From the NCBI RefSeq assembly GCF_009834535.1, contig NC_045697.1, positions 59,212,001 through 59,276,000 of the forward strand: 64,000 bases of DNA, given 5' to 3'. This document shows, piece by piece, positions 1-13,221 of this stretch. The first letter of the stretch is position 1; the number at the start of each line of letters is the position of its first letter. Made by a program: the position numbers and the translations under genes. Source of the DNA: Camelus ferus. Lineage: Eukaryota. The notes under the pieces were generated by a model. The model did no database searches. It saw only the letters and a list, made by a program, of their open reading frames with translations, and had not been told where the DNA came from.

Positions 1-1004
1 AAAAACGTGGTGTGTTTTTACTTTTTGGTCTTTACGGTTGCATTTTGGATCAAAATAATTTCAAAAAATATAGACTTTAATCTTTTGAAAAAATACAGAT
101 TTTAATCAGAGCATAAGTTATATTTGGCATCTAATTCTTTAAGGAGTTTCCCATGCTTTTAAATTTTATTAAACTCTGATCAGCCATTATGATTAATATT
201 GGGATTAGCAGTTAATAAGTGAAACAGTCAAATATGGAAAAGAGCAGCTGTGCTTTAAAAATATAGTTATGTAAATATTGGATTAAATAACATTACAGAA
301 AAAAATCCTTGAGAATACTGAAATGTACGAAAAGCCCAAGAATCAAGGAGAAATTTTATATATTGCTTTAGGTCCATATCAACTAAGCACATTTTATTTT
401 AGAGGCGGGATGATGGGCATAAGAAAGAGGAGAGGGGGAAATGGAGTTCAGTGAAGATCCAGAAAACAAGTAGAAGCAGAATCTTAAGATCACTGTGTAA
501 ATATCAAAGTAGCCCCTTGGCTCTCAGGGACCAGAGGTATACTGAAGTCAGTGGATGGAATAATGGGGACCCTGGGTCATGCAAAACTGAAGGCCAAGGG
601 GAAGACCAAGAAGGTTAAGCCAGCAGCTACACAAAGGAGACACACACACACACTATACGTCCAGTGCTAGAGGAAAATAAAGATGAAAAGCACCACAGAA
701 AGGACAATTTTGTTACACTGTTTTTCTAGGGTGTGGTTATACAAGGGTCTAGTAGCTTAAAATCTGATGCTGTTTAAAATTTTTCTAGAGTTGCCAGATA
801 TATTTAAGGAGTCAAGAAGTATACCTACAAAAGGGGAACAAAGCACAAGACTGGGACAGATATGCATGAACTTTCCTGAGGGAAGAGTGAGAGTACACTC
901 TTTATCATATCGATAAGCAAAGGCAAAGAGGTAAACGGAATAATCCAGCTGTAGGAGTCTTTTTCACCCAGGCAGAACTTCTCTTCATTCAGCATAGTTC
1001 AACA

Positions 1005-1198
1005 CAGCAATTGGCAAGTCACTCTGTAAAGAGCCCTATAGTAAATATTTTAGGGTTTGTAGGCCATATGATCTGTGTCTCAACTACTCAAATCTGGCTT
1101 TGTAGTGCAAAAGCAGTCTTAGGTAATACATAAATTAATGAGTGCAGCTGTGTTCAAATAAAACTTGACAAAAATGTTACTATAGTCTGTAGACCCTG
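1005..1198 (+). mobile_element. MER58A-like hAT-Charlie MITE
   Basis: Starts cag and ends accctg. Body tgtaaagagccctatagtaaatattttaggg...caactactcaa...tgtgttcaaataaaact follows the MER58A consensus as I recall it. Confidence 0.8.
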
Positions 1199-2783
1199 AT
1201 AGAAGAGATAAAAGTACCCATTAATGGTGTCTCTGAAGATAAAAATAATTGCCCTGATGAGGAGTGTTTGCTCAGTTCTGTGGTATAAATACCACCACCA
1301 CGGCCAGTTTCCGATTGTTTGAAAATCAACTTTCAAAATTTCTGAAAATTAACAGTCAGCATTTAGGAGCCAATTCAAGACAATTACAGGATTCTATAAG
1401 AAAAAGTCCCACCTACAGAGAAGTAAAAGAGCTGGGGTCCTGACACAATTTTTAAGATTCTGCAATCTTACATTACTTTCCCGCCATCTACGTTCTCCTG
1501 TCCTTGCTCCCCACATCTGCTTTCTGGAGTCACATTCCCAAAAAAAATCTGCATGTAAGCCTCTGGCTTGGGCATTGCTCAACCTCAGAGTTACAAAATG
1601 TTTATATTTTATATTCTCATTTATTTAATGGTTCCTTTACTTATATTTCTCTAATATGCAGTGATGAGATTTTTGAGCAAGTATCTATATTTATCAGTGG
1701 GTTATTTGAGAAAAATAGACACCTAGAGTTCAATTAATGACTTTATACTGTAGACCTGTAATAGAAATTACTACATATAATGAGGTATTCAAAATCAAAG
1801 GAAACATAGTATAAAAGAGAGCATGTTTAGAAGGAGACCACAAAATGGGCTGAAAGAGAGCATAATTACAAAATAAAGAAATGAGAAACAAGCTTGGGCT
1901 CTTTAAGGGATGGATAAAAACTCTAGGTCCAACTACTCTTTATTAGACCATTTTCATAATGAACCAGTTCCAAAAGAGTCGAAGTAGATATGCACTTGGT
2001 GCTAAATGAGTTTAGAAATAAAACAAAGCTGCGAAAGCCTTCTTTTATCGTCTGTCAAATTAGAAAAACCAAGTAGGTCTTTGTTCTTGTAATAGTCTAT
2101 TTGCTTAAATACATCGACAAGTGGCAGGGGAATCATTTAAATGTTTGCAGGCAGTCAACCGCATTAAAGAATTACAAGAAAACAGGCTGAACTCTGCAGT
2201 CAAACTGCCAACTTTATTCTAATTAATAACTCTAAATTGTGTAGCTATTCATAGATTGCTTACATTTGGGAATATGAATGTTAAGGTTAGAGGCTGAAAT
2301 TAGAGGTAAAATAAAACTATCACTGTATGTGAAATTTTGAGTAATCCATCTAGAGGTAAAAGGAGGCTGAACATCTTTTGAGATTTAAAAAGGTTCTGTG
2401 ATACAAATGGTATGTGACAAACAGAAAGCTTTTATTTCATAGTTTTCTCATAGTCTTATCTTCAAGGTGTTTATCACTCACTAGTCTGTCATGGAATCAT
2501 CTGTTATCTGTCTCACCTGAAACTTCCCTCCTAAGAGTTGCTTAGAGATGCAAGATATGAGAATGGGGTGCATGGTCTACAAAAGATCACTACTTAGTCT
2601 TTTAAAATATGTGAAATCCTGAATATTTAAGGTAGCAAAATTCAGTTTCTGTTCTCTGGAAACTTACTGTTTCTATCTCCATTTTCCCTGCTTCCCTTTT
2701 ATAGGCGGACTTTGCTTCAAATTTTACTCAGATAAATGAAGGTTTGCATAAAGTGGATTGGAATTTTAAACTGTAAATAATTT

Positions 2784-3113
2784 CTGCCTTAGTCTGATCA
2801 GGCTGCTATAATAAAAATACTGTAACTGCTGGATACATTTATTTCTCACAGGTCTGGAAGCTAGGAAGTCCAAGATCATGGTGCTGGGAGATTTGGTGTC
2901 TCATGAGAACCCATTTCCCCATTTCTCATTGATCATCTTTCCACTGTAACCTCAGGTGATGGAAGGAGTGAGGGAGTTTTCATGGCTTCTTTTATGAGGA
3001 TACTGATCACCTCCCAAAGACTCCCACCTACTAACACCATCTCTTGGGGGTTAGGATTTTAACATATGAATTTGGGGGCTGGGGTGCAGGAGGCACAAAT
3101 ACTCACTCTATAG
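2784..3113 (-). mobile_element. ERVL-MaLR solo LTR (MLT1A-like)
   Basis: ttagtctgatcaggctgctata...atttatttctcacaggtctggaagctaggaagtccaagatc...ggggttaggattttaacatatgaatttgggg is the reverse-orientation MLT1A pattern. Confidence 0.8.
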
Positions 3114-3589
3114 TAATTCCTAAGTGCAGATAATGGGTCAGACCCCACCTCCTCACAACCACTGGATACTTCATTAGAGTGCCTGGACCACAGTGAGAAA
3201 GTAATAAACTTTTTAAAAAATGAATTTTAAGTAAGTCAGTGGAGATTTAAATAAAGAAGCAATTATACTATATTGTGATAAGAGCTTTAAGAGATGCCTT
3301 TTCTGGTTGAGAGGTGTAAAGCAGCATGCTCAAGATCACAGGGATATGTAATGTGAAACCTAGGATTTCACCTAATTTTTATGACTCCTTTTCCTGTGCT
3401 CTTTCTACCTTTTCACATCAGAGAAGAAATATACAGAGTAATTTACAAGAGTTGGTAAATTTTGTTGAGAAAAGTTTAAGAGTGGAAAAAGGACTACAAT
3501 AATTTCTTTAAAAAATGGTATCTAGTAGCTGAACAGCAAAACTTTACTGTCATAGACTATTTTGGAGTCATTTACTTTGCCCACAAGCC

Positions 3590-4040
3590 TCCTCTTTCTT
3601 CCATGGAGAGGGATCCTGCCCTTCCACAGAGAAAGGCAGGAATTTTTGTTCTACATGATCCTAGGTCTTTGTCCACAGTCACCTGGGCCAATTGGTCTTT
3701 CTCTCCTGGGAATTTGGAATTAGCATTCAGGAATGGCTATTAAATCTCTACAAACAGCTGAAAATGGGATATGTATTAAATGCAAACCATGGAGAGCCTT
3801 TGTTAATCGCTGGACTGAGAAGCAGAGAGAGGAGGTCTACAGAGAATGGAGGAGACGTGCAGAGAGAAGCAGAGACAAGCCAGGGAGAAACATAGCACCA
3901 CCTAGTTCTTGGAGGCTTTCTGGCTGTTGATTTTAGAACCTTCCTGAAGCCAAGCTAAGGCCTTTTCTTGGGTCCTGTGTGAAACCACATTGTTCTTATC
4001 TTAGTAGCCTTAATTGGTTTTTATTAATTGCAAATTTGGC
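3590..4040 (+). mobile_element. Old ERVL-MaLR LTR (MLT1K/L-like), boundaries approximate
   Basis: ggccaattggtctttctctcctgggaatttggaatt motif followed by a purine-rich LTR body. Confidence 0.4.
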
Positions 4041-4177
4041 TTTTATTACAAATAAGATTGCAATTTGAGTTGTTTTGTTCTGTAAATTATCTCCTTCATG
4101 CCTTTGCTCAAACATCACCTTTTCATTGAAACCAGACTAGATCACTCCATTTAAAATTCTAATATCACTCCTCCTCC

Positions 4178-4574
4178 TGTTGTGGGCTGAATTGTGAGCC
4201 CCTCAAAATTTATATATTAACGTCCTAAGCCCTAGTACCTCAGAATGTTACAATTTACAGATAGGATCTTTGAAGAAGTAAATAAGTTAAAATGAGGTCA
4301 TTGGGTGAGTTCTACTCTAGTATGACTGGTGTCCTCATAAGAAGAGGAAATTGGGACACAGATGCAGGCATGGAGGGAAGATAATGTGAAGATGCCAGGA
4401 GCCAAGGAGAGAGGCCTGGAACAGATCTTTCCCTTAAGGTCCTCAGAAGAAACCAATCCTGCCAATACCTTCATCTTGGACTTCAGCCTCCGGAACTGTG
4501 AAACAAGAATCTTCTGCTGTTTAGGCCACCCTGTCTGTGGTATATTGTTATGACAGCACTAGCAAACTAATACA
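4178..4574 (+). mobile_element. ERVL-MaLR solo LTR (MLT1B-like) inserted in an L2 fragment
   Basis: TG...CA termini: tgttgtgggctgaattgtg...cctcagaatg...gactggtgtcctcataagaagagg...cttggacttcagcctccggaactgtga...gcaaactaataca. L2-like sequence lies on both sides (about 4100-4177 and 4575-4740). Confidence 0.85.
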
Positions 4575-5859
4575 TCACCTTGCAAACTGATCTCCCTAAA
4601 CTTGTACTGTTGCATTATTAAATATATTTCTCATTTATTTTCTCTCTCTCTCATCCCTAGAATGCAAATTTCAATGAAAGCAGGGAGTTTTGCCTATTTT
4701 GTTCACTGGTGTTTTTCTCAGAGCTTTGAACAATGTTAAACACATGCACACATATACACCTGTATTCATACATAAGAATTTTTAATATTGCATAATCTTT
4801 TAGGGTAAGCATTAAGGACAACACGAAGATCACTGTGTTACTCTAGGTAAATCAACTCAATTTATCAAACTTTAAATTACCTCATGTGTAAAAATGAAAT
4901 GTCTGGACTCTTAAAATACAGAGAATCCCAATATTCTATGAAGAGATGAACATTCAGGTTTTACCGTTCTGCTGCTAAAAAGACTTTTAACCTTTGTACT
5001 TTGAAATACTTTGATGAAATTCTTTGGATCCAGAGATTTCATTTCTTCTACTTTTCTGTAAAGACTCCAGGGAATATTTATGTTCCTCCTAGTTTCTATA
5101 AATTTACCAGTGAATCTTCTATGCGAGGACTTGGGAATGTAATAAATACATGTGTATTTAAATACTCAGTTTTATTTGCAAAATTAATAGTAGGTTGAAA
5201 ATTCTTGTTAGTTTTGGTAGGAATTTAATTTTTCATTAAGAACTTTAAGGCTATTTGTGAAAAGGAATAAGTATTATAGAAAATTTGCTTTCACAAAATT
5301 ACATAAATTCCTAGTCAGTCTCATTGGTGTTCCTTTCTTCCTTTTATTCTATAAATTAACTAGTTAGCAGGCATCCTTTAAGCTCATCCAATCTCTATTT
5401 TGGAAGGAGTTACGATGTCTATTGCAAGGTTAGTTCAAATTTTATTATTTATTTTATCCTTGACCTCAGTGGTTAAAACTATTAACTTAAGTAATGCTAA
5501 TTGTGCTGGTGTTTTTTGATTTAGACACTTGTCCACCAGGACTTGGACTGAGACCAATTCATTTCATTTTGGCCACTGAAAAGACATCAAGCTGTAATGA
5601 TTTTTGGTCACTGTTCAAGAGTTTACATTAATATAAAGGGCACACAGGGTAAAACTCAATAATAAATACCATTCTATACATTTAAGTAGATGTTTATGTA
5701 CTAAACTATATGAAGTAATGGGGAAAATTATGAATATCTTTTAATATTTTGCAACTAAATATGAAGCATCATTATGTATTTTGTTTTGATGCATACTTTT
5801 CCACCATATTATAATGACAGTGCATATAAAATCTTTATAAAAGACTAACAAAGAAATTA

Positions 5860-6260
5860 CTTGCTTTATTCAACAAATATCTAATTGCCTGATATTCTTA
5901 AGCTACTATAGAAAGAATACATAGGATCCCAAAGTGAATAAGGCATGATCATGACCCTCAGGAGGTCCACCGTTTAGTAACAGTAATGAGATAAGTAAAT
6001 GGATAATAAGTGGCAGATTTAAGATAACTGATAACATTTACTGAAACACTCATCATGAGCCAGACACTCTTCTAAGCGCATTATATATATCATACCAATT
6101 CAACCTTTTAACTACATTTTAAGGAGAGTATTGTTTTACAGATAAGTAAACTAAGTCACAGAGGGTTAAAGAAACTTTCCAACGTCATGAAATTAATAAG
6201 TAAACATTTGAACTTGTGACTTTGGCTCTTAAGTCACAGCCTTAACCTCTCTATTTTGCC
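5860..6260 (-). mobile_element. L2 3' fragment followed by MIR
   Basis: ttattcaacaaatatcta (L2 tail, reversed). MIR core: catttactgaaacactcatcatgagccagacact...ttttacagataagtaaactaagtcacagagggttaa. Confidence 0.65.
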
Positions 6261-6459
6261 TCTAGGGTAAATGCTTTAAGAGCAATATAAAAACCAAACT
6301 AAACTAAACCAAACCAAACCCCTCTAAACATGTTTAACAGTTCACCTATGGCAGAAATCACATCTTTGTTGGAAGAACCCAGAAAACTTCCCAAGAAGGT
6401 TGCATTTGGATTGGGCCTCAAAGTATTTGGAACTGTAAAACGAGACATTGTCTTCAGGT

Positions 6460-7565
6460 AGTGAGACTATGTCTCAAACTAGCTAGTTTGTCACCAAACC
6501 TTCCTGTGCATAGAGTGACCCTGTTTTTCTCATCCTCTATTATAGATATGTGTAACTCTTACCGAACCAGGTTCCTTTGCCCGCAGTGCAGCAAGCCAAA
6601 TGCTGAGACGCCGAAGTTTGCAGCAGAGAAAGGGTTCATCACAAGGCAGACAAGCAAGGAGAACAAATCTCAAATCTGCCTCCCAGAAGATAAGGGGACC
6701 GACATTCATGGGATAGAGAAGCAGGGTGGTCTGAGCTGTAGAGTTGTGGGGAAAGGGGACTGGAAATAAAAAGATGAGGTAATCGTCCTGTGCAGGTGCA
6801 GCTGAACTACGGGCTTCTTCATGGGACGCATGCTCAGAAAATGGCAGATGCGAGGCCTTCTGAGCGAAGGCGGAGCTTTCGGCCCTCTGAGGTAAAAAGG
6901 TCACGGCAGACACTTGCGCATGCCCAGTTGGAGGGTTGTCAGTCTCAACCGGCTTTAACCGGCTTGAGCTCAAACAGGACACAGTTGACTGCAAGTTCCT
7001 GACGAGAACAACTCTGGCAAAATAACTTATTGTTTAGCGTACCTGTCGCTCGGAGGATGTGCAGTTTTTGTGAAAACAAAGCAAGCTTTGTCAATGAAGG
7101 CAAGTTATAGTTTATTATTTATTAAGCAAGTTATAGTTTAATGGATCTGACTGATGACTACCCTCAGTTTCTTAACCATTTGACTGAGTTCTGGCAAACG
7201 AATGTATGTTGTACAGACATTGTAACGTATATAATGTACAATATGTATATAGTAAAAATGCTATTAAGTCTGCAGACTTCCAGGTCAGGCTTACAGGACC
7301 TCCCGCAGGTAATTTTTTTTTTTCTCTGCTCTTCTGCCTGTGCAAGACGGTCCATAGATCTTAGAAGCCATGTGCTAAGGATAAGAGATCACATTCACAG
7401 TATGAAAGAGGTCTAGGTCCCTGTGTCACAGCTTGAAGGGGAACCACCCACAGACTGGGAAAACTCAATTTGAAGGATTTTTGAATAAGAAAGAAATGTT
7501 TACTGTGGTAAACTACTGAAATTTTGACATTTGCGGATTGCAGCGGTTAGTCTACCTTCATTAAT
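6460..7565 (+). mobile_element. MLT1J-like MaLR LTR split by a younger LTR (pieces about 6460-6556 and 7173-7565)
   Basis: Removing 6557-7172 and one TSD copy rejoins gatatgtgtaac-catttgactgagttctggc, a MaLR motif. The 3' part actactgaaattttg...gcagcggttagtctacc matches MLT1J ends. Confidence 0.6.
6557..7172 (-). mobile_element. Relatively young ERV1-class solo LTR
   Basis: CpG-rich relative to its flanks. Sequence runs ttaccgaaccaggttcctttgccc...gactaccctcagtttc and is flanked by a 4-bp direct repeat TAAC (6553-6556 and 7173-7176), the usual ERV1 TSD length. Confidence 0.7.
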
Positions 7566-8599
7566 GTAGGGAGCATAAGACGCCTGAGTATCATACAAGG
7601 AGAACAGATTAAATTTGCTTCTTGCCAGTGGATGGGAAGTGTAATGTTAGGTCCTAAAGCTCATGTGAAAGGTTAAAATTGCACATAGCAAAACTATCCT
7701 TGAAATTCCCTGTAGAATTCTATGTATAAAATATAGTACAATATAAAATATACATAGTTACCTTATATAAGCTTCTAGAAGATTATGTTAATTCCTTTCA
7801 CTCATGCAATGTTACTGTATTTTTAGTGTCAATCAATTTTTTTTTAAATGGAAGAGAAACAATTTTTCTAAAATGTTTGGTAAGATGTACTGGGTATTTC
7901 AGCTGAGGTTTCCATCACTGCCTCAGACAGACTTAGACATGATTTCATGGAATTGAGAGGCAGTTTATTATCTTAAAGCATGCAGTCTTTACCTGCCTAG
8001 GACTTCAATTTGAACCTGAACTCTAGCTTTAGTTGTGCTGCAAATCTTTGGTAATTTACTTAAATTTCTAACTTTTATTTTACAATTAGTAAATCAGAAA
8101 TAAAAACACATACATTGTAAAAGTGTTCTGAAGGTATTTATTCATAGTAATGAATATTTATTGAGTACTTATCACATTGCACATTCTAAAACCATTGCTC
8201 TATTGTAAGTTTATAGTATTTTCTAGGTTTCTGTGTTTTAGAAACATTATTAGTTTTGGTCTGTATATGTCACACGTTCTTTTAAATTTTTGTAGAATTC
8301 CTAACTCAAGAATACACAACACTTTGGTTTATTTGTTTTCTTTCTCTCTTTTCTCTTCCCTTTTGGTCCATTTACCATTATACCTACTTATGGCACATCT
8401 TTAAGTCTGCTCCATTTCCTTTAAGATTGATCACTCATATTGGAAACATCCTTTCATAATATGTAAATTCCTAAAATTTTAAAACTTTGCACCTATGGCA
8501 ACTCTAATAACTAATTAAGGAAGCTGTCTTATTTTCATTTGACAAAAGAGAATAAGTAACTTGCATAATGTTTGACATTATTTAGTGACCAAGCTAGGA

Positions 8600-8830
8600 C
8601 TAAAACATAAATAATTTTTGAGTACTTACAATTTGTCTAGAGCTTTTCAAATATTAACTAATTTCATGCTCATAGAAACTCTGTAAGCTAAGGGCTGTCA
8701 TTATCATGAAATCATACGTGAAGTAAAGGGGTCACAAGAGATTTGAGTAGCTTCCCATAGTTACATAAGTCCTCAGGGATTGGTCTGGTATTTGAACCCA
8801 AATATTTGCAGGTCTAAACCATTCTATGCT
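8600..8830 (-). mobile_element. MIR fragment
   Basis: ttttgagtacttac...catagaaactctgtaag...gggtcacaagagatttgagtagcttccc...ggtatttgaaccca. Confidence 0.55.
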
Positions 8831-10243
8831 TATTTTCATGATAGTATATACAGTCTTTGGTGTTGTGACTAATACATGCTATCAGTAAGTGAAAGATATT
8901 GTTATTGGACTATTCTGCTGTCTGAGAGGGTCAACATAACTAAATCATCCTGTTATTGTACAATAGCAGAAGAAAGGTTAGCTAGGAAGATATGGTAGGC
9001 ACACGGATTAACGATCATAAATGCCATGTTTTACATCCACATATTTAAATATCAAACATTATTCTTGTTTAATTTTTTCAAGCTGAAGATAAGAAGAAAG
9101 AACAAATGTATAACGTGAAACCAAAATGTCTTCAATTCTAGGAATGAACCTAGAAATTAAAAACAAACTAAAATATAATCCCAATTGCACACTTAATGGA
9201 AACTATTATTTCTTACTATGTCATATAATAAATTTCAGCTTTTGGAAAAAATGTATGAAAGTAAAGGCCAAAAAATATGATCTAAATCATTAAATTAAAA
9301 ATTCTGATGTGCTAATTGCTTTGTACTGACTATTTATGTTATGAGAATCTGTATAATATATGTATATATTGGTCTAGTGAGATTATTTTTGACAGCTATA
9401 TGCATTATAAGACATAGGCAGGAAAATATTTTCTGTAGCACTACAGTCACCCTTTCTGGCTTTGGCTAAAATCTGAAATGCATCAGAAAATACACTATCA
9501 CTGGTTTCATATTTATTCTTTCTAAGTGATTTCCACAATAAAAAGAGTTCATTTGAAAGTTAAAGTTTGTCATTTTCCAGCTGACACTGTGGTCTCAACT
9601 TAGGGCTGAAAATGAAACTGCTTCTTCTCCCTCTCAGGTAGTTATGAGAAACATGAATTCTGCAGCTGATAAATTTGGTTGTGATCCAGGAGTCATACTC
9701 CTGTAAAATAGGCAGCAATAGGTATGGTCATAGAACTAATTATATTGATTATGAATGTGCTATTTTTAAAAAATGACCTTTGTAATTTCTTTGTATATGA
9801 TATATGATCCATTTATTCATGAGTAATGATTAATTCTTTCTGATATTTAGACATGCATATAAAATAACTATTTTATGTAATGTATCCAAGTTAAATCCAC
9901 TTTTATACTTACATGTACTCTCGTCCTACAGTCTTGCTTAAACATTTGTTACTTAAAAACCTTAATATTCAATAGCTTGTCATCTAACTAGTAGGATGAT
10001 TCATTGTGGGCCAATGAGAATATTTTAAGAGAAACTCGGTAGCTTTTTACTTCAATCAAATTCAATTCATATATTTACTGTTTATTTAGATCAAAGCACT
10101 AGGATTAGAAGTGATTCCAGAATATTCATTATGGGTTGTGTTTATTGGTTGCAATCTGGTGGAAAGGTGAAGTTAGACTTGTCTTGACACTGTTTTTGCA
10201 TAACAATTATGCTCTGTATTTACATTATAAACTGAGGATGAGG

Positions 10244-10392
10244 AGGAGGGAGTGACTGTATAGCTCAAGTGGTAGAGTGCATGCTTAACTCACACAAGGT
10301 CCTGGGTTCAATTCCCAGTACCTCCTGTCAAAAAACATAAATAAATAAACCCAATTACCTCCCCCTATAAAAGCAAACAAACAAACAAAAAG
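10244..10392 (+). mobile_element. tRNA-derived SINE (camelid vic-1-like)
   Basis: A box tagctcaagtgg, B box ggttcaattcc, body ending aaataaacccaattacctcccc, A-rich tail. 16-bp TSD taaactga(g/a)gatgagg at 10228-10243 and 10393-10408. Confidence 0.9.
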
Positions 10393-11328
10393 TAAACTGA
10401 AGATGAGGGGAATGGAGAGCAGTGAGAAAAAATTATGGAAGGGGATACAAAGCCAGCTACTCATGTAAATTAGAGGGGATAAAAATAATTAAGACACATT
10501 TTTTCCTGTTCTTTAATCTTCTGCTGGCTATAGATGCCCACAACTAATTCTAAGACAGTGAATTTATAATAAAAGTATAAACTGAATGTGTAAATTAGCA
10601 GAGTGAAAAATTGATTCTAATTAGTGGCTTATAATAAGTATCACCAAACATGTTACATTTGAACTGAGTCTTGATGAATAAATAAAATTTCAAAAGATAA
10701 AGAAGAGGGGGAAAGATCTACTGAACACAGGCAACAGCATGACCAGAGACGTAGAGGCAGGGAAGCATGTGATAGTACAATAGTGAGTAACCTTCTATAA
10801 CTAAAGACGGATGCGAAATTGGGTGGAGAGCAAGGGGTAGTGGGAGACAGCACAAAATCTAGGCATAGATTTGACTGTAAAACCCTTCAATGCCACTCAA
10901 GTATGTGGATGTTTATTTTTGGTCTGTCCATCCATTGCTTTTGACAAAAGCACCTCTTTTGGGGGGATGGATCTGAGATTATTTTACAGAAGCCTGACAA
11001 GGGTCTGTCCTGAAGACAGTTCTTTCTCCGGAATGTGCAGTGTTTGAAAAACTCAGGCCTATAGAAAACTGCAGAAATAGTAGAGAATTGTGTCCAAAAT
11101 GCGAGCCTGTATCATCAGCAAACCAGAGCATGGGAGGTGAAGTTTGAAGGAAAGTATGAAGTTACCATAAGGAATCATGAATTTGGAACCAAAAGCATAG
11201 AATGTTGCTTTTCATTTGACAAAAGAGGAAGAGTGTGGGCTTACAAAGGGGCTCAGGTCCTGAATCATTGCTTAGCTGTCATTGTGCTTTTATGAGCTTA
11301 CAGTGACTAGATGCAAAGTCAGCTTAAT

Positions 11329-11389
11329 AGGGACAAAACCCAAAAATAAAGTCAGGGACAAAACCCAAAAATAAAGTCAGGGACAAAAC
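11329..11389. repeat. 25-bp tandem repeat, about 2.4 copies
   Basis: agggacaaaacccaaaaataaagtc twice, then agggacaaaac. Copies are identical. Confidence 0.95.
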
Positions 11390-13185
11390 TGAAATAACCG
11401 GAGAAGGATAATTAAACATCTAAATTTTTTCTCCATTTGTCCCTGGAGTAGTTAGCTCTTGCTTATTTCCGCTTCCCATGATTCCAAATCCCCAAAAGGA
11501 GAATGGCCTGCCCAGAGTTAGGTTAAACACTTTTTTTGTTGTTATTGTTAAGGGAAGAGAAAAAGCAGACCTTAAGGTGGCAGGATCAGCAGGTGCTGTT
11601 TACATAATAAATACACTGACTCTTATCTTTTAGCTAAGTCTCTCTTTTCCAGTGCTTGACAAATTGGGTAGAATTTGAAGATCTATATTTTACACTTTAA
11701 AGTGAAGGAAGCTATATCCTTTTCAAGAGCAAATTTTCTTTGTGGGTGGATAGAGAAACACTAGTTACACTGGGTAAGTGAAAAGGAACTACCGTTTCCA
11801 TGGAGCCAAAGACAATACTAAGTTGAGTGGCAGACACTAAATATATGCTGCTTCATGCTTTGGCATGGAATTGATCCTTCTTTTGTTTCCACAGGATCAA
11901 ATCAAGGCCCCCTTTGTTATATTCCTGTTCTATTCCAATGTTACCTTTCTGACCTATAAGCCCTCAGCCAGAGTCCTTACTCTTGACCTCTCCTTGATTG
12001 CCTATCCAGATTGCTAATCTTCAGCTGCTTCCCAGATATAACACAGACTCTTCTGTGTCATATTTGTAGAAGTACAAAATTCATCAACTGAGCAGGTGCA
12101 GATTCCGTTTCATGTGAAGGAATGCTCCAAGTGGCTGGATACATGCAGTCCTCAGAGGGATTGGAAATAGGGAAACTAACTGGGTATATTTGCTTCGGAG
12201 TGACTCTCTTCTTGTAAAAGTGTGACTAATAAAGTACCTGACACATAGTTGAGGCTCAATAGATGTTTATTGTTGGTAATCAAGGCCAATGACTTCTTAA
12301 GTAGCTTATGGAAGAGAATATCCTATAGAGGAAAATGCATGAATTGTCTAATTGTCCTCAGTGGAGTAATGAACCAGCTGTAGCATGAGTTTGTAGTGCA
12401 CAAGAACAAAATAAAAATATTATTTTGAGGTTTATTTGGAAAATAGACGTTTCCCAACGACCTGCAAATCGTGGGCTGTATTTTAGCCTTTGTAATCTTG
12501 TGTGATAGCTCTTTAATCTGCAATGATCAAAACACAGTATTTCAAGACAAAGCTTTGCTATTTTATTATTTATAAGAGCAACTTTCATTGTTAGTATTTT
12601 GCAAACTTCCAGGGTGGTGAAGTATATGTGAATCAGTATGTTCTCAGCAATTTATAAGAACTATATGACTAAATGATGGATTTTGAAGTTCTATATTATA
12701 ATAGAAAAGAGAAAATAGCAAGTAATAGGAAGGATACATTGAAATATTGATTCCTTTTCTCCAATCACTGAATTTTTTTTTAATATACTGCTGTAATGGA
12801 TAAGGATCCTTATCTCCATCAAATACTTTGGAAGTTTTCTCCTTAACCTTTCTGATTGTTAGAGATTCAAAGTTGTCATTCAGACTATACAACAACCAAT
12901 AAAATATTGTAAATTCACAAGAGAATACGAGGCTTTCTTTATCACTTTCTAGATACAGCAGCCCCATCAGGTTGCAGTAATTTTATTTAGTGTTCTCTAG
13001 TCCATCACTTTGCTATCTGAAAGGCCTAGCTAACAAGACAATCTCTTAATTGATATGAAGTTATACATTTTCCATCATAAGCTAATATTTATAGAGTTGT
13101 TCTTTATTATAAATTATTATATCCATGCTCTTCAATCCATTTATAAAGATGAATCAAAAATCATTTGAAAAACCTTGTTTCCACT

Positions 13186-13221
13186 GTCCATATTTTTTCC
13201 TCCGTCCATATTTTTTCCTCC
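13186..13221. repeat. 18-bp perfect tandem duplication
   Basis: gtccatattttttcctcc twice. Confidence 0.95.

Noticed and set aside
6530..6994. 154-aa ORF, the longest in the window, and its overlapping ORFs
   Set aside because: It lies almost entirely within a GC-richer LTR and resembles no protein I know.
9638..9721. Plus-strand coding exon after the strong acceptor ttctccctctcag
   Set aside because: Stop codons occur in all three frames before the nearest donor.
10244..10325. tRNA gene (A and B boxes present)
   Set aside because: It continues into a SINE body and A-rich tail, is flanked by a 16-bp TSD, and related degenerate copies occur elsewhere in the window.
11329..11389. CRISPR-like repeats
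   Set aside because: The copies are directly adjacent with no spacers, the context is eukaryotic, and there are no cas genes.
11653..11773. Plus-strand coding exon (ttttccag...TGG|gtaagt)
   Set aside because: All three frames are closed. At most it could be non-coding, and nothing else supports it.
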